Shown here: positions 1-9,839 of the stretch, in pieces
Position numbering within the stretch: the first letter of the stretch is position 1
How the letters are laid out: each line of letters begins with the position of its first letter
NCBI GenBank assembly: GCA_964291285.2
Contig: OZ219785.1
Coordinates: 192,001 to 256,000, forward strand
Direction: 5' to 3'
Length of the DNA stretch: 64,000 nt
From: Alphaproteobacteria bacterium
GTDB taxonomy: Bacteria > Pseudomonadota > Alphaproteobacteria > Bin95
Notes under the pieces: generated by a model
Told to the model about the DNA's origin: nothing
Seen by the model: only the letters and a program-made list of their open reading frames with translations
Databases searched by the model: none
Translations under genes and position numbers: made by a program

Positions 1-1
1 A

Positions 2-1156
2 TTGCGTCGGCAGGTCGGGCATGCCGCGATACGCGTAGCTGCGCTGCCGGTCGCGGCAGGGGCCGCATTCCCGCATGAGGGGTTCGGGCTCGCGGACGCC
101 GCAGCGGGGACAGAGGCCGGCAGACAGGCGCTCGCGGGTCACGGCATGGTAGCGGCGGCGGTCGGTGGCGAGGCGCGCCTCGCGGCATTCCGTGCATGAG
201 TCGAACCCGGGGTCGGGAGGCCGCTTCGTGCAATGGATGCAAACGCCCCGGGCGCGGGCCTCGGCGATCCTGCGATGCCATCTCGCGCGCTCGGCGGTGC
301 GGCGCTCGTCCCGGCAGGGCCGGCACATTGTCGAGCCCTCGGCGGGAGAAGCCTTGCCGCAGCGGATGCAGAGCCCCCGGGAGGCCCGGGCGAGCACCCT
401 GCGGTTGTACCCGTCCAGCGAGACGGCAAGACAGGCGTCGCAGGCCAGGCGCCCGGGCGCGGCGGGGTGGCGGCCGCAATCGAGGCACAATCCGACGGCG
501 CGGCGGGCGTCCCGGCGGCGTCTGGCGGCCTGCTTGTCCCGTTCGGCGGGAAGCGGCCGGCAGTCCGGGCAGCGGCGGCTGCCGGGAACCGGCGGGGCCT
601 CGCCGCACTCGATGCAGAGCGAGCGGTCGGCCTGCCGGCGGCGGCGGTCGATCCGGGCGCGGTATATCCGCCGGCGCGCGGCGAGGCAGTCGTCGCAGCA
701 CGCATTGCCTTCGGCGGGCGCCCCGTTCCCGCACTGCACGCAGAGGCCGGCCTGGCGCCGTTCATCCTTGCGCTCCTGCAGGCGCCGGCGGCCGAGCGCG
801 AGATGTTTTTCGTTGCAGGCCTCGCAGAGCCGCCGGCGGGGCTTTTCGGGCGTGGCGCCGCATTCCTGACAGAGGCCGCGGTTGCTCCGAAGCAGGCGGC
901 GTTTGCGGGCGGCCTTGCGGTCGCTGGCGCGGCGGCGCTCCTGGCATTCCGGGCAGTATTTCGCCCCGTCGGGCGGGGAAACCTTGCCACAGTTCAAACA
1001 GAGGCCGCGCGCCGCAAGCCGGTCCCGGGCGCGCGAGGCGTTGGACCGCCGGGCGGGCGCGGCCCCGGTGGCGTTGCCGGAGCTGGCCCTGCAGCAATGG
1101 AAGCCCGCTGCTTCGGCGGGCGGATGGATATGAGCGGAAGCCGGCATGCCGGACAT
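2..1156 (-). CDS. Tandem C4 zinc-finger / Arg-rich helix repeat protein (8 repeats; runs off the window edge)
   Basis: Manual translation, absent from the ORF track because there is no stop in the window. ATG at 1156 follows an AGGAGA RBS. 385 open codons contain 8 x (G/S)(L/V)C-x2-C-x11-C-x2-C separated by 20-24 aa Arg-rich linkers. Confidence 0.85.
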   Translation of the reverse strand, partial: MSGMPASAHIHPPAEAAGFHCCRASSGNATGAAPARRSNASRARDRLAARGLCLNCGKVSPPDGAKYCPECQERRRASDRKAARKRRLLRSNRGLCQECGATPEKPRRRLCEACNEKHLALGRRRLQERKDERRQAGLCVQCGNGAPAEGNACCDDCLAARRRIYRARIDRRRRQADRSLCIECGEAPPVPGSRRCPDCRPLPAERDKQAARRRRDARRAVGLCLDCGRHPAAPGRLACDACLAVSLDGYNRRVLARASRGLCIRCGKASPAEGSTMCRPCRDERRTAERARWHRRIAEARARGVCIHCTKRPPDPGFDSCTECREARLATDRRRYHAVTRERLSAGLCPRCGVREPEPLMRECGPCRDRQRSYAYRGMPDLPTQ

Positions 1157-1723
1157 GGGCGACGTCTCCTGCTGGCGGGACGGGCGCGGGAGCCGGTCGC
1201 ACGGACGCCCCCCGCAGTAATCGCCCCGACAACCCTTTCCCGACCTTCCGGCCGGACAGGCCGGACGGCGGCGTTCGCCGGGAACGGCCGGCGGCGGCGC
1301 CCGGCCGGCCGCGCGGGAGAGGATTGCGACGGTCCGGACGGGGTGGGGACCGGGACGCCGGAAACCGGTCCGCCGCCGTTTCGGCTGCCCCGGCGGCCGG
1401 CGCTCCGGGCCGCCGCACCGGGAACCGCCGGCGGGCGTTCCCCCGGGGTCGCGCACGGAGGGGCGGAAACGGCGCCGGCTGAGAACCGCGTCGGCTTCGC
1501 CGATCCGGTTACCGGGTTACCGCTCGACCTGCCCTGTCCGCTCGCCAGGGCGGCGAAACGGGGCCGGGGCGGGCATGAACGCCTCGCCCTTCGACATCGG
1601 ATGCGGGCCGGCGGCCGGTCCCGACCGGCCGGGAAGAGCGCGTGCGCCGCCTGCTGCCGAACCGGTTTGAGGCGCGCGGCCAATTTGTGTTACCTTCCGC
1701 GGCCGGAACAGGGAGATTTAGCC

Positions 1724-2371
1724 ATGGCGAAACCCGGAATCACGCTTTCACCGCGCAAAGCGCACGGCGACCGTTGGGAATGGTGGAACCCCGATTTCGT
1801 CTTCGATTTTGTCGGTACCGATGGCAACGACGAGCTGTTCGGCGGCTACGGCGACGACACCATGCGCGGCGCCAAGGGCGACGACATGCTGTACGGCGGC
1901 CGGGGCGACGACCTTCTGAAGGGCGGCAATGGCGACGACACGCTGAAAGGCAGCTACGGCGACGACACGCTGAAAGGCGGCCGGGGCGACGACGACTTGG
2001 TGGACACGTCCGGCAACAATTTCATGTACGGCGGCCGGGGCGACGACTTCATGGTCGCCGGCGATGGCGACGATGTGCTCAAGGGCGGCCGGGACGACGA
2101 CATCCTGTACAGCGGCGGCGGTGCGGACCGTTTCGTTTTCGGCAGGAACAGCGGTTTCGACTCGGTCATGGACTATGAAGACGGCAAGGACAAGATCGTC
2201 TTCGAAGGCGGCATCCAGTTCTCGGACCTGATCTTCACTTACGAAGAGCAGCCCAGCGGCAGCCGCGCCGTAGCCAAAATCGAAGACGCTTCCGGTGAAT
2301 GGGCAGTTCATTTTGACAATTATGTAAAGGAAGAGGAATTGACCGAGTCCGATTTCGAGTTCCTCGGCTAA
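1724..2371 (+). CDS. RTX/hemolysin-type calcium-binding repeat protein
   Basis: GGxGDDxLx nonapeptide repeats; GGGAGA RBS before ATG 1724. The track ORF 233..2371 is over-extended. Confidence 0.9.
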   Translation: MAKPGITLSPRKAHGDRWEWWNPDFVFDFVGTDGNDELFGGYGDDTMRGAKGDDMLYGGRGDDLLKGGNGDDTLKGSYGDDTLKGGRGDDDLVDTSGNNFMYGGRGDDFMVAGDGDDVLKGGRDDDILYSGGGADRFVFGRNSGFDSVMDYEDGKDKIVFEGGIQFSDLIFTYEEQPSGSRAVAKIEDASGEWAVHFDNYVKEEELTESDFEFLG

Positions 2372-2419
2372 CCCGGAACCCAGAACGCTTTTTCCAACCA
2401 TCTTCAAGGGAAACAAACC

Positions 2420-3262
2420 ATGGCACGACCCGGAAAAACCATTACCGGAACCCCCGGTCATGATTATGCAGGACCTTGGCACTATCCGCAGGATGGCGGA
2501 CCGCGCTACCGCTCAAAGGACTTGGAGGGAACGAACCGCGACGACACGATCCGAGGCTTGGAGGGGCATGATCGAATCGTCGGCAAGCGTGGCGACGACA
2601 CGCTGTACGGCGGCGGCGGCGTGGATCTGATCCTGGGCAACGCTGGCCACGACACGTTGTACGGCGGCAACGGCGACGACCACCTGTTAGGCGATTCCGG
2701 CAACGACACGCTGAAAGGCGGCAACGGCGACGACGACATGTGGGGCGGCACGGGCCGGGACTCTCTTTACGGCGACGCCGGCCACGACGACATGTGGGGC
2801 AACGAGGGCCGGGACTCTCTTTACGGCGGCGACGGCGACGATGACATGGACGGCGGCGGCGACGACGACCTTCTGAAGGGCGGCGACGGAAGAGACACGC
2901 TCTGGGGCGGCAAGGGCAACGACACGCTCGACGGCGGCGACGGCGACGACTTCCTGTGGGGCAACAACGGCAACGATACCTTCATCTTCAGCGGGAACAG
3001 CGGAAAGGACGTCATCCGTGACTACGATGCGGATTCGGACACAATCCAGATCAAGGGAGTCTCCGGGATCGAAGATTCTGGCGACCTCTATCGCTTTTCT
3101 ACCAAGCTAGGCAACGACGATGCTGTAATAATCTACAAAGCAACAGAGGTTAATGAAGACAATGATGGCAAAGACGCCAGGGACAACGCAACGTGGGAAA
3201 TCAAGCTTCTTGATACGCAGTTGTCCGACGTTGATCTGTCCGACTTCGATATCATCGCCTGA
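2420..3262 (+). CDS. RTX/hemolysin-type calcium-binding repeat protein (paralog)
   Basis: Many GGxGxDxLx repeats; similar N-terminus (MARPGKTI vs MAKPGITL) and an SDF-containing C-terminus. Confidence 0.9.
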   Translation: MARPGKTITGTPGHDYAGPWHYPQDGGPRYRSKDLEGTNRDDTIRGLEGHDRIVGKRGDDTLYGGGGVDLILGNAGHDTLYGGNGDDHLLGDSGNDTLKGGNGDDDMWGGTGRDSLYGDAGHDDMWGNEGRDSLYGGDGDDDMDGGGDDDLLKGGDGRDTLWGGKGNDTLDGGDGDDFLWGNNGNDTFIFSGNSGKDVIRDYDADSDTIQIKGVSGIEDSGDLYRFSTKLGNDDAVIIYKATEVNEDNDGKDARDNATWEIKLLDTQLSDVDLSDFDIIA

Positions 3263-3456
3263 CGGTTAAAACTTGCCGCCCCGGCGTTCGGGGCGCGTAT
3301 CTGCTTGCATAAGCGGCGCGGGGCCGTCGCCGGGCCGCGGCGAACGCTCGCAAGCTCGCTACACGCCGACCCCGGCGAGACCTTATCGCGCCTGAATGGA
3401 TACGGCAGAATCGAGCGCCCAACGCGCTACGCGCGGCGCTTGCCGAAACTGCCGGT

Positions 3457-3485
3457 GGTTCCCCCGCCCACGCGGGGATAGCCCC
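3457..3485 (+). repeat. Single type I-E-like CRISPR repeat (orphan, no array)
   Basis: GGTTCCCCCGCCCACGCGGGGATAGCCCC, 29 nt with a CCCCGC/GCGGGG hairpin. No second good copy and no cas genes in the window. Confidence 0.55.
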
Positions 3486-3884
3486 CGCCGTGCATCTGCG
3501 AATCATGACATTCGGTCTTGGTGTCTCCCGCACGAACGGCCGGCCTGCATCGCCCGGGTCACGCCGCAACGCATTCCTTCTCCGTCTCCGGGGCCTCGTC
3601 GCCATATGCCGGCCTCCGGAACGGTCCCGCGCGCTGTCTCTGTCCATGGAATCTGCTCTCATATGGTACCAGCAGGGCATGTTTTATACCACCGGCCACA
3701 GATAAGAACCGATTAGCCTCTCTCGGCGGAGATTACCTCTTGCAGTAGGAGGCCTCGGCTCAGGGGGCGAGCTGCGGAGGGAGGCTCTGCTATAGGTTCC
3801 AATCAACGACCGTTGGTATTACCTACATACCCATAGAATCACGATGGACTGTAATACCAGCGGCGCTGATTGCTGACTCATGAC

Positions 3885-5580
3885 CCTAAATCCGGCAGTT
3901 GAGTATGGCTTGGCCTTGCCGAATCCCTTGTAGTCTTCGGGTATGAGCGGCTTTTCAGGGGCCGAAGAGGCTCACCCTGTGGGTGATTATCCTGGCGCTG
4001 TGCGGGATGTCGCCCGAGCGTTCGTGAAGGTGGACACCTTCGGCGGCGCGGTTCATGTGGAATGGGACCCTGATGCGGCGGTGACGCCGCTGGGGCATCT
4101 GGCGTTTTTCGCGGAATAGCTGAAGGTGAGCGGTCGCTTTGACGCTTTGGTTGCGGACTGCCCGCTGCGGTACACGAGCCCGAACGCGCCGTCGAAGCGG
4201 GATGTCCTGGGGACGGTTCTTCTGTCGGTTCTGGCGGGGCAGTCTCGCTATGCGCACATCACGTCGCTGCGCGGCGACGGGGTGAACCCTGCGCTGCTGG
4301 GTATGGACAAGGTTGCGAGCGAGGATTCGGTGCGGCGCGGTCTGGAGCGGATCGGTGCGGATGTCGGCACATCGTGGCTTCAGGGCCATCTGGACGAGGT
4401 GGTCCGTCCGCTGCTGAGGGAGCCGTGGGTTCTGGACTGCGACACGACGATCAAGGCGCTTTACGGTCGTCAGGAGGGAGCGGTTGTGAGCTACAACCCG
4501 AAGAAGCCGGGCCGCCCCTCGCATGCCTGCCATGCGTTCCTGATGGCGGGCACGCGGCTTGTTCCGGATGTCGAGGTGGCGCCGGGCAACCATCACCATT
4601 CGAGGCGCGCGGCGCCGTCCTTGTGGGCGTTGCTCGACCGTCTTGGGCGGGATCGCTGGCCGCGTCTGGTGCGGGGCGACAAGGACTGGGGCAGCGAGGC
4701 CAACATGGCTTCGTGCGAGGCTGCGGGTCCGGACTATCTGTTCAAGCTGCGCCTGACGAAGGGGGCGCGCCTGCTTGCCGAGCGGCTGATGGCGCGGGAC
4801 GGCCGGGAGGATGCGGGCCAGGGCTGGTCGGGGATCGGGGCCGATCTGCGTCTGCAGGGCTGGAGCCGGACGCGCCGGGTTGTGGTGCTGCGCCGGCGGC
4901 TTCCTGCGACGCTGGCGCTGACGCGTGGCGACAAGGCCCGGGGCGAGCTGTTCCGGACCGGGGCGCAGCCCGGCACCGGGGTGTGGGAGTTCGCGGTGCT
5001 GGCGACCTCGCTGGACCTGGAGATACGCTCGCTGGCCCAGCTCTACCGCGACCGGGCGGACGCGGAGAACGGCTTCGACGAGTTGAAGAACCAGTGGGGC
5101 TGGGGCGGCTTCACCACGCGCGACCTGACGCGCTGCCGGCACATGGCCCGGCTGGTCGCGCTCATCTACAACTGGTGGAGCCTGTTCGTGCGCCTCGCCG
5201 ACCCCGACCATCACCGCGAGGCGATCACCAGCCGGCCGCTGCTCCTGCACGGGGTTGCCCGCCAGACCCACCACGCCGGCCAGACCCGGCTGACGGTGAC
5301 CTCCCATCACGGGCGTCGCAAGACGGTGATGGCGGCGCTGCGCCGGATCGCCGGCTTCTTCCGGTCGCTGACGCAAACTGCGGAGCAGTTGAGCGCCGGG
5401 GATCGCTGGCGCCGCATCCTCGCCGAGGCGCTCAGGAAATACCTCCATAGCCGCGAACCGGGGCGTCAACCCTGGCTGCCGCCACCCAGGGCCGCGACCA
5501 CGTGCTGAAATCCACGCCCAAATCCGACCGTTCACACTACCCCGAGACAGCGATCAAGCCCGTCAACTGCCGGATTTAGG
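3885..5580 (+). mobile_element. IS1380-family insertion sequence, full length (~1.7 kb)
   Basis: Perfect 18-bp terminal inverted repeats CCTAAATCCGGCAGTTGA (3885-3902 / 5563-5580) enclosing a DDE transposase; no target duplication evident. Confidence 0.85.
3943..5508 (+). pseudogene. IS1380-family DDE transposase with premature TAG
   Basis: The frame from ATG 3943 (VDTFGGAVHVEWDPDAAVTPLG) hits TAG at 4117-4119, then continues in frame (LDCDTT, VRGD, RADAENGFDELK). Confidence 0.8.
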
Positions 5581-5651
5581 ATCAACTGAAAAACCGCAAC
5601 CGGCCGAAAAATGTCAGCGAATAGGCGCGCTCTGTAACCGTCGCTAACACT

Positions 5652-6427
5652 GGGAGGATGCAGGCCAGGGCTGGTCGGGGATCGGGGCCGATCTGCGTCT
5701 GCAGGGCTGGAGCCGGACGCGCCGGGTTGTGGTGCTGCGCCGGCGGCTTCGCGGGCCTCTGGCGCTGACGCGCCGCGATGACGGCCAGGGCGATCTGTTC
5801 TGGGTCGATGGGCAGCCTGACGCCAAGCTGTGGGAGTTTGCGATCCTCGCCACCTCGCTGGACCTGGAGGTGCGCTCGCTGGCCCAGCTCTACCGCGACC
5901 GGGCGGACGCGGAGAACGGCTTCGACGAGTTGAAGAACCAGTGGGGCTGGGGCGGCTTCACCACGCGCGACCTGACGCGCTGCCGGCACATGGCCCGGCT
6001 GGTCGCGCTCATCTACAACTGGTGGAGCCTGTTCGTGCGCCTCGCCGACCCCGACCATCACCGCGAGGCGATCACCAGCCGGCCGCTGCTCCTGCACGGG
6101 GTTGCCCGCCAGACCCACCACGCCGGCCAGACCCGGCTGACGGTGACCTCCCATCACGGGCGTCGCAAGACGGTGATGGCGGCGCTGCGCCGGATCGCCG
6201 GCTTCTTCCGGTCGCTGACGCAAACTGCGGAGCAGTTGAGCACCGGGGACCGCTGGCGCCGGATCCTCGCCGAGGCGCTCAGGAAATACCTCCATGGCCG
6301 CGAACCGGGGCGTCAACCCTGGCTGCCGCCACCCAGGACCGCGCCCACAGGCTGAAATCCACGCCCAAATCCCACCGTTCACACTACCCCGAGACAGCGA
6401 TCAAGCCCGTCAAATGCCGGATTTAGG
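5652..6427 (+). mobile_element. 5'-truncated second IS1380 copy
   Basis: Near-identical to 4805-5580; transposase C-terminal part ends at 6355; right inverted repeat TCAAATGCCGGATTTAGG ends at 6427. Confidence 0.85.
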
Positions 6428-7210
6428 ATAAATCGCGGTCGTCCCCTGCTTCCGGTCCGTGGACTCTTTCGCGATTCCGGGGGAATCGACCAAGAACACC
6501 TTGTCCTTATCCTTCCACCGGTTGCACCATTGCTTTGCGCGCCACTGCAATTCGCAATTGCAGTTGACCATGAAGAATGTTCGAGGCGATACGTACCGCC
6601 AACGAACCGCACAGGTTCTGCTACCGAGCCCTTCCTCAAGCCGTCGTTGCCAGTGGCATACCTCCTCGGCATGGCCTCCTTTACGTCGGCTGTTGTGATG
6701 GTAGAGGATTACGGGCCTCCCTCCTTCTGATAACGCCGCTATTTCGCATTCGGGAATTCCCTTTCCGTGCCTTCTGCGACCGGGTCGAAACGACTCCTGC
6801 TCAATGAGGCCGTTGTCGGGATCGGCAAAGACCAAATCGCAATCTTGCAAATCCCTCCTGGTTTTACGAAACCACTTCTTCCTCCATGTCCCTTGTTCGT
6901 GCTGCTTGCATCCGTGGAAATCCAATTTCCCATCCGAAAAGACGGCATCCGCGAGAAGATCGGAGCTTTCAACTGCCCGGACGCTGCGATTTCCAGATTT
7001 TACGAGCCTGTAGAGCCTGTCGAATGTCTCCCTATCGCAATCTCGCCATTTCTTCGCGTTGCATAGATAACCTGTGTGTTTTCCGTCTTTCTTCTCTTCT
7101 TCGTCGGGGAAAAGATACCAGGCCACGCCCAGCTTCGATCCGTAGGAAAGCGCGCGAAGCAGACTGTATTTTGCGTAGTCGCCGATGTCTCCCGTATATC
7201 TGTCCTGCAT
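6410..7210 (-). CDS. Conserved hypothetical protein, possibly SAM-methyltransferase (RlmJ-like) fold
   Basis: 266-aa ORF with lower GC; motifs RYTGDIGDYAK and DLVFADPDNG. The last codons and stop come from the IS1380 inverted repeat. Confidence 0.65.
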   Translation of the reverse strand: MQDRYTGDIGDYAKYSLLRALSYGSKLGVAWYLFPDEEEKKDGKHTGYLCNAKKWRDCDRETFDRLYRLVKSGNRSVRAVESSDLLADAVFSDGKLDFHGCKQHEQGTWRKKWFRKTRRDLQDCDLVFADPDNGLIEQESFRPGRRRHGKGIPECEIAALSEGGRPVILYHHNSRRKGGHAEEVCHWQRRLEEGLGSRTCAVRWRYVSPRTFFMVNCNCELQWRAKQWCNRWKDKDKVFLVDSPGIAKESTDRKQGTTAIYPKSGI

Positions 7211-7524
7211 TCGCGGCTTCCACCCCTCACTCCAGTCCCATCAGGCTGCGGGCGAAGTCGCGGGGGGCGAGGCGCGAGGCGTATTCTACACCGTGTTCGA
7301 GACGCTGAAGTCAAGTCTGGATACACCCGCCGCTGCGATGGCCCGAAACCTCTAACCCGGCGCGCGGCGTCATGCAATGCAGAAATTTGCGCTGCGGTGC
7401 GGCTGTGGTGCTTTTTCGGCAGCAGGAGATGGGGGTTCGCGTCCGGTCGGTGTTGTGCTGTGGCGTGTTGAGGCGAGGGCGGCGGTTGATTTTCGAGCGC
7501 GAGCGGAACCGCACAGCGGCATTG

Positions 7525-8715
7525 TCAGGAATCGGTCGCGGTTGCCCGGCCGTCACCGGCGCTGTCCGGTTCGCCCGTCATGGTCCGCGCCATCGCCTTG
7601 CCCACCCGCTCGGCCGCAGCTTCGATGTCGCGGTCGGCGAGATGGGCGTAGCGCAGCGTCATGCGCACATCGGAATGGCCGAGCAGGCGGGAGACGACCG
7701 GGACCGGCACGCCGTTCATGACGGCATGGCTGGCCATGGTATGGCGCAGGTCATGAAGGCGCACATCCCCGATGCCGGCTTCGCGTCTGACGCGGTACCA
7801 GAGCGGCAGGTCGGGGCTGCGCGGGCGGGCGGGGTCGCGCGGCGAGGGAAACACGAACGCGCTGCCCGTGCGCGGCTGCCGGTCGAGGATGCGCCGCGCC
7901 CGGCTGCCGAGCGGGACCGTCCTCGGCCCCGTCTTGCTGTCCGAGAGGGCCAGCATGTCCTCGCGAACTTCCGACCATCGCAGGCCCGTGATCTCGCCCC
8001 TGCGGCAACCGGTGAACAGCAGCAGCCGGACGATGTCGGCCTGCTGCCTGTCGCGGCTTCGGGTCTGCGCGTCCAGAACACTGTGCAGGCGTGCGAGTTC
8101 CTCGCGGGACAGGAACCGCATGAGCGCCGGGCGGCGGTTCCTTCTTGTGCCCTTGGCCGGATTGACTTCGATGTGGCCGCAGGCGGCGGCGAAGGTCATG
8201 ATCTGCTGCAGGATGTCGAGGGCGCGGTTGGCGCCGCCGGGCGCGGTCCGGCTGTAGCGGTCGAACCACTGCCGGACATGGGCCGGGGAAATGCGGTCGA
8301 GCGGCTTCGAGCCGAATGCCGGAAGCAATTGTCGCCGGAGTATCCCGGACGCGGTTTGCTGGCCCGACGGCTTGCAGCGGTTGAAATGGGCCTCCTTCCA
8401 CGGGCCGGCGACGAAATCCCGGAACAGCGGGACCGCGCCGGGCGGTTTGGCAGTCTCCTCCGGCTGCGGGGCCGCCTGGCGTTCAAGAGCCTCCCGGCGG
8501 GCTTCGGCGGCGCTCTTCACGCCGACCGGGCCGAGCGAGACGCGCCTGGTGCGCCCGCCGCTGTCGAGCAGCAGCACCCAGCTGCGCCCGCCGGCGGGCC
8601 GCACCCGGACGCCGAGGCCGGCGATGCGCGTGTCCCGGACCGTATATTCCCGCTCGCGGGGGCGGAGACGGGCGACGGCGGCGTCGGTCAGCTTCATCCG
8701 TTCCCGGCCCGCCAT
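7525..8715 (-). CDS. Tyrosine recombinase/integrase (downstream partner, copy 1)
   Basis: N-terminal arm-binding-type domain (LTDAAV..D..GLGVRV..GGRSW); catalytic motifs TGCRRGE, DSKTG, HDLRH, LGH..TLRY. Confidence 0.93.
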   Translation of the reverse strand: MAGRERMKLTDAAVARLRPREREYTVRDTRIAGLGVRVRPAGGRSWVLLLDSGGRTRRVSLGPVGVKSAAEARREALERQAAPQPEETAKPPGAVPLFRDFVAGPWKEAHFNRCKPSGQQTASGILRRQLLPAFGSKPLDRISPAHVRQWFDRYSRTAPGGANRALDILQQIMTFAAACGHIEVNPAKGTRRNRRPALMRFLSREELARLHSVLDAQTRSRDRQQADIVRLLLFTGCRRGEITGLRWSEVREDMLALSDSKTGPRTVPLGSRARRILDRQPRTGSAFVFPSPRDPARPRSPDLPLWYRVRREAGIGDVRLHDLRHTMASHAVMNGVPVPVVSRLLGHSDVRMTLRYAHLADRDIEAAAERVGKAMARTMTGEPDSAGDGRATATDS

Positions 8716-9839
8716 CAGTCTGCCTCCAGCACGGCGCCGACCGTCTCGACAGCGTCCTGCACCATGGCGTCGGCGACATGGGTATATTTCAGCGTGGTTT
8801 CCGGCCTGCGGTGGCCCAGCAACCGGCCGATGGCGAGCACCGTCACGCCCTGCCGGAGGGCAAGGCTCGCATGCGTATGGCGCAAATCGTGAAGGCGGGC
8901 GTCCTCCAGGTCTGCCTCGGCGCGGACCCTGCGCCAGAAGTGGTCCAGCCAGCTTCCGCTCCGGGGCCGGTCGCTATCCGGGGCCGGGAACACATGGCGG
9001 CCTTCCCGCTCAAGGCCGTCGAGAACGGCCCGGGCCGGCTCCGACAGCCAGACTGTCCTCGGCCCCGTCTTGGAGTCGCGAAGAAACAGGCGGCCTTCCC
9101 GGTAGTCGGACCATTGCAGGGTGAGGATCTCGCCCTTGCGGCAGCCGGTCAGCAGCAGCAGGCGGATGACGGCGACATGCTGCGGCCAGCGGGCCTCATG
9201 CGCCTTGAGCCGCGCGGACAGGCGGCGGATTTCCTCGTCCGGGAGGAACCGCTCGCGGCCCTTGCGGCGGTAGCGGCGGATGCCCCGGCAGGGGTTGGAC
9301 CCTTCCGGGCGCAGGCCCATGGCCTCCGCCTCCCTCATGATGACGGACAGCACCGGCATCGACCGGTCCGCCGCCACCGGCGTCGCGCGCAGGCGGGCGA
9401 ACCAGTTCCTTACCTCCTGCCGGTCGATGGCGGCAACCGGACGCCCGGCGAAATGCGGCAGAAGCCGGTTGCGCAGATAGCTGCGGTTGACAGCGAGCGT
9501 TCCGGCCTTCCAGAGCCTTGCATGGCGCTCGAACACGGTTTCGGCGACGGCTTCGAAGAGCGTCTCGTCCGGCGTGAGCGGCGCCTCCCCGCCGCGCCTG
9601 ATCGCGGCAAGCATGTCCGCAGCCGCAGACCGCGCGTCCGTGACGCTCATCGACCCGGCGTCGCCGACGATCTTCCAGATACGCACGCCGCGATGCTGGC
9701 AGTGGATGAAGAACTGCTTGCGGCCCGAGGGCGACACACGGACGCCGAACCCCCTGAGCCTGCCGTCGCGGACCTCGCGGACGGACCTGCGGGGCTTGAG
9801 CGCCTTCACGCGCGCCTCGGTAAGGGTAGTCTTCGCCAT
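8715..9839 (-). CDS. Tyrosine recombinase/integrase (upstream partner, copy 1)
   Basis: ATG 9839 after GGGAGA; TGCRKGE, DSKTG, HDLRH, LGH..TLKY; stop overlaps the next start. Confidence 0.93.
   Translation of the reverse strand: MAKTTLTEARVKALKPRRSVREVRDGRLRGFGVRVSPSGRKQFFIHCQHRGVRIWKIVGDAGSMSVTDARSAAADMLAAIRRGGEAPLTPDETLFEAVAETVFERHARLWKAGTLAVNRSYLRNRLLPHFAGRPVAAIDRQEVRNWFARLRATPVAADRSMPVLSVIMREAEAMGLRPEGSNPCRGIRRYRRKGRERFLPDEEIRRLSARLKAHEARWPQHVAVIRLLLLTGCRKGEILTLQWSDYREGRLFLRDSKTGPRTVWLSEPARAVLDGLEREGRHVFPAPDSDRPRSGSWLDHFWRRVRAEADLEDARLHDLRHTHASLALRQGVTVLAIGRLLGHRRPETTLKYTHVADAMVQDAVETVGAVLEAD

Noticed and set aside
139-1723. Track ORFs 139..990, 165..869, 196..1482 and the long N-extension of 233..2371
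   Set aside because: Shadow frames of the zinc-finger gene in GC-rich DNA; the RTX gene has its own RBS and ATG at 1724.
1830-2980. 27-bp periodic DNA repeats as a CRISPR or VNTR
   Set aside because: Explained by RTX nonapeptide coding.
3457-3700. A true CRISPR array
   Set aside because: Only one convincing repeat; no 61-bp periodicity; no cas genes.
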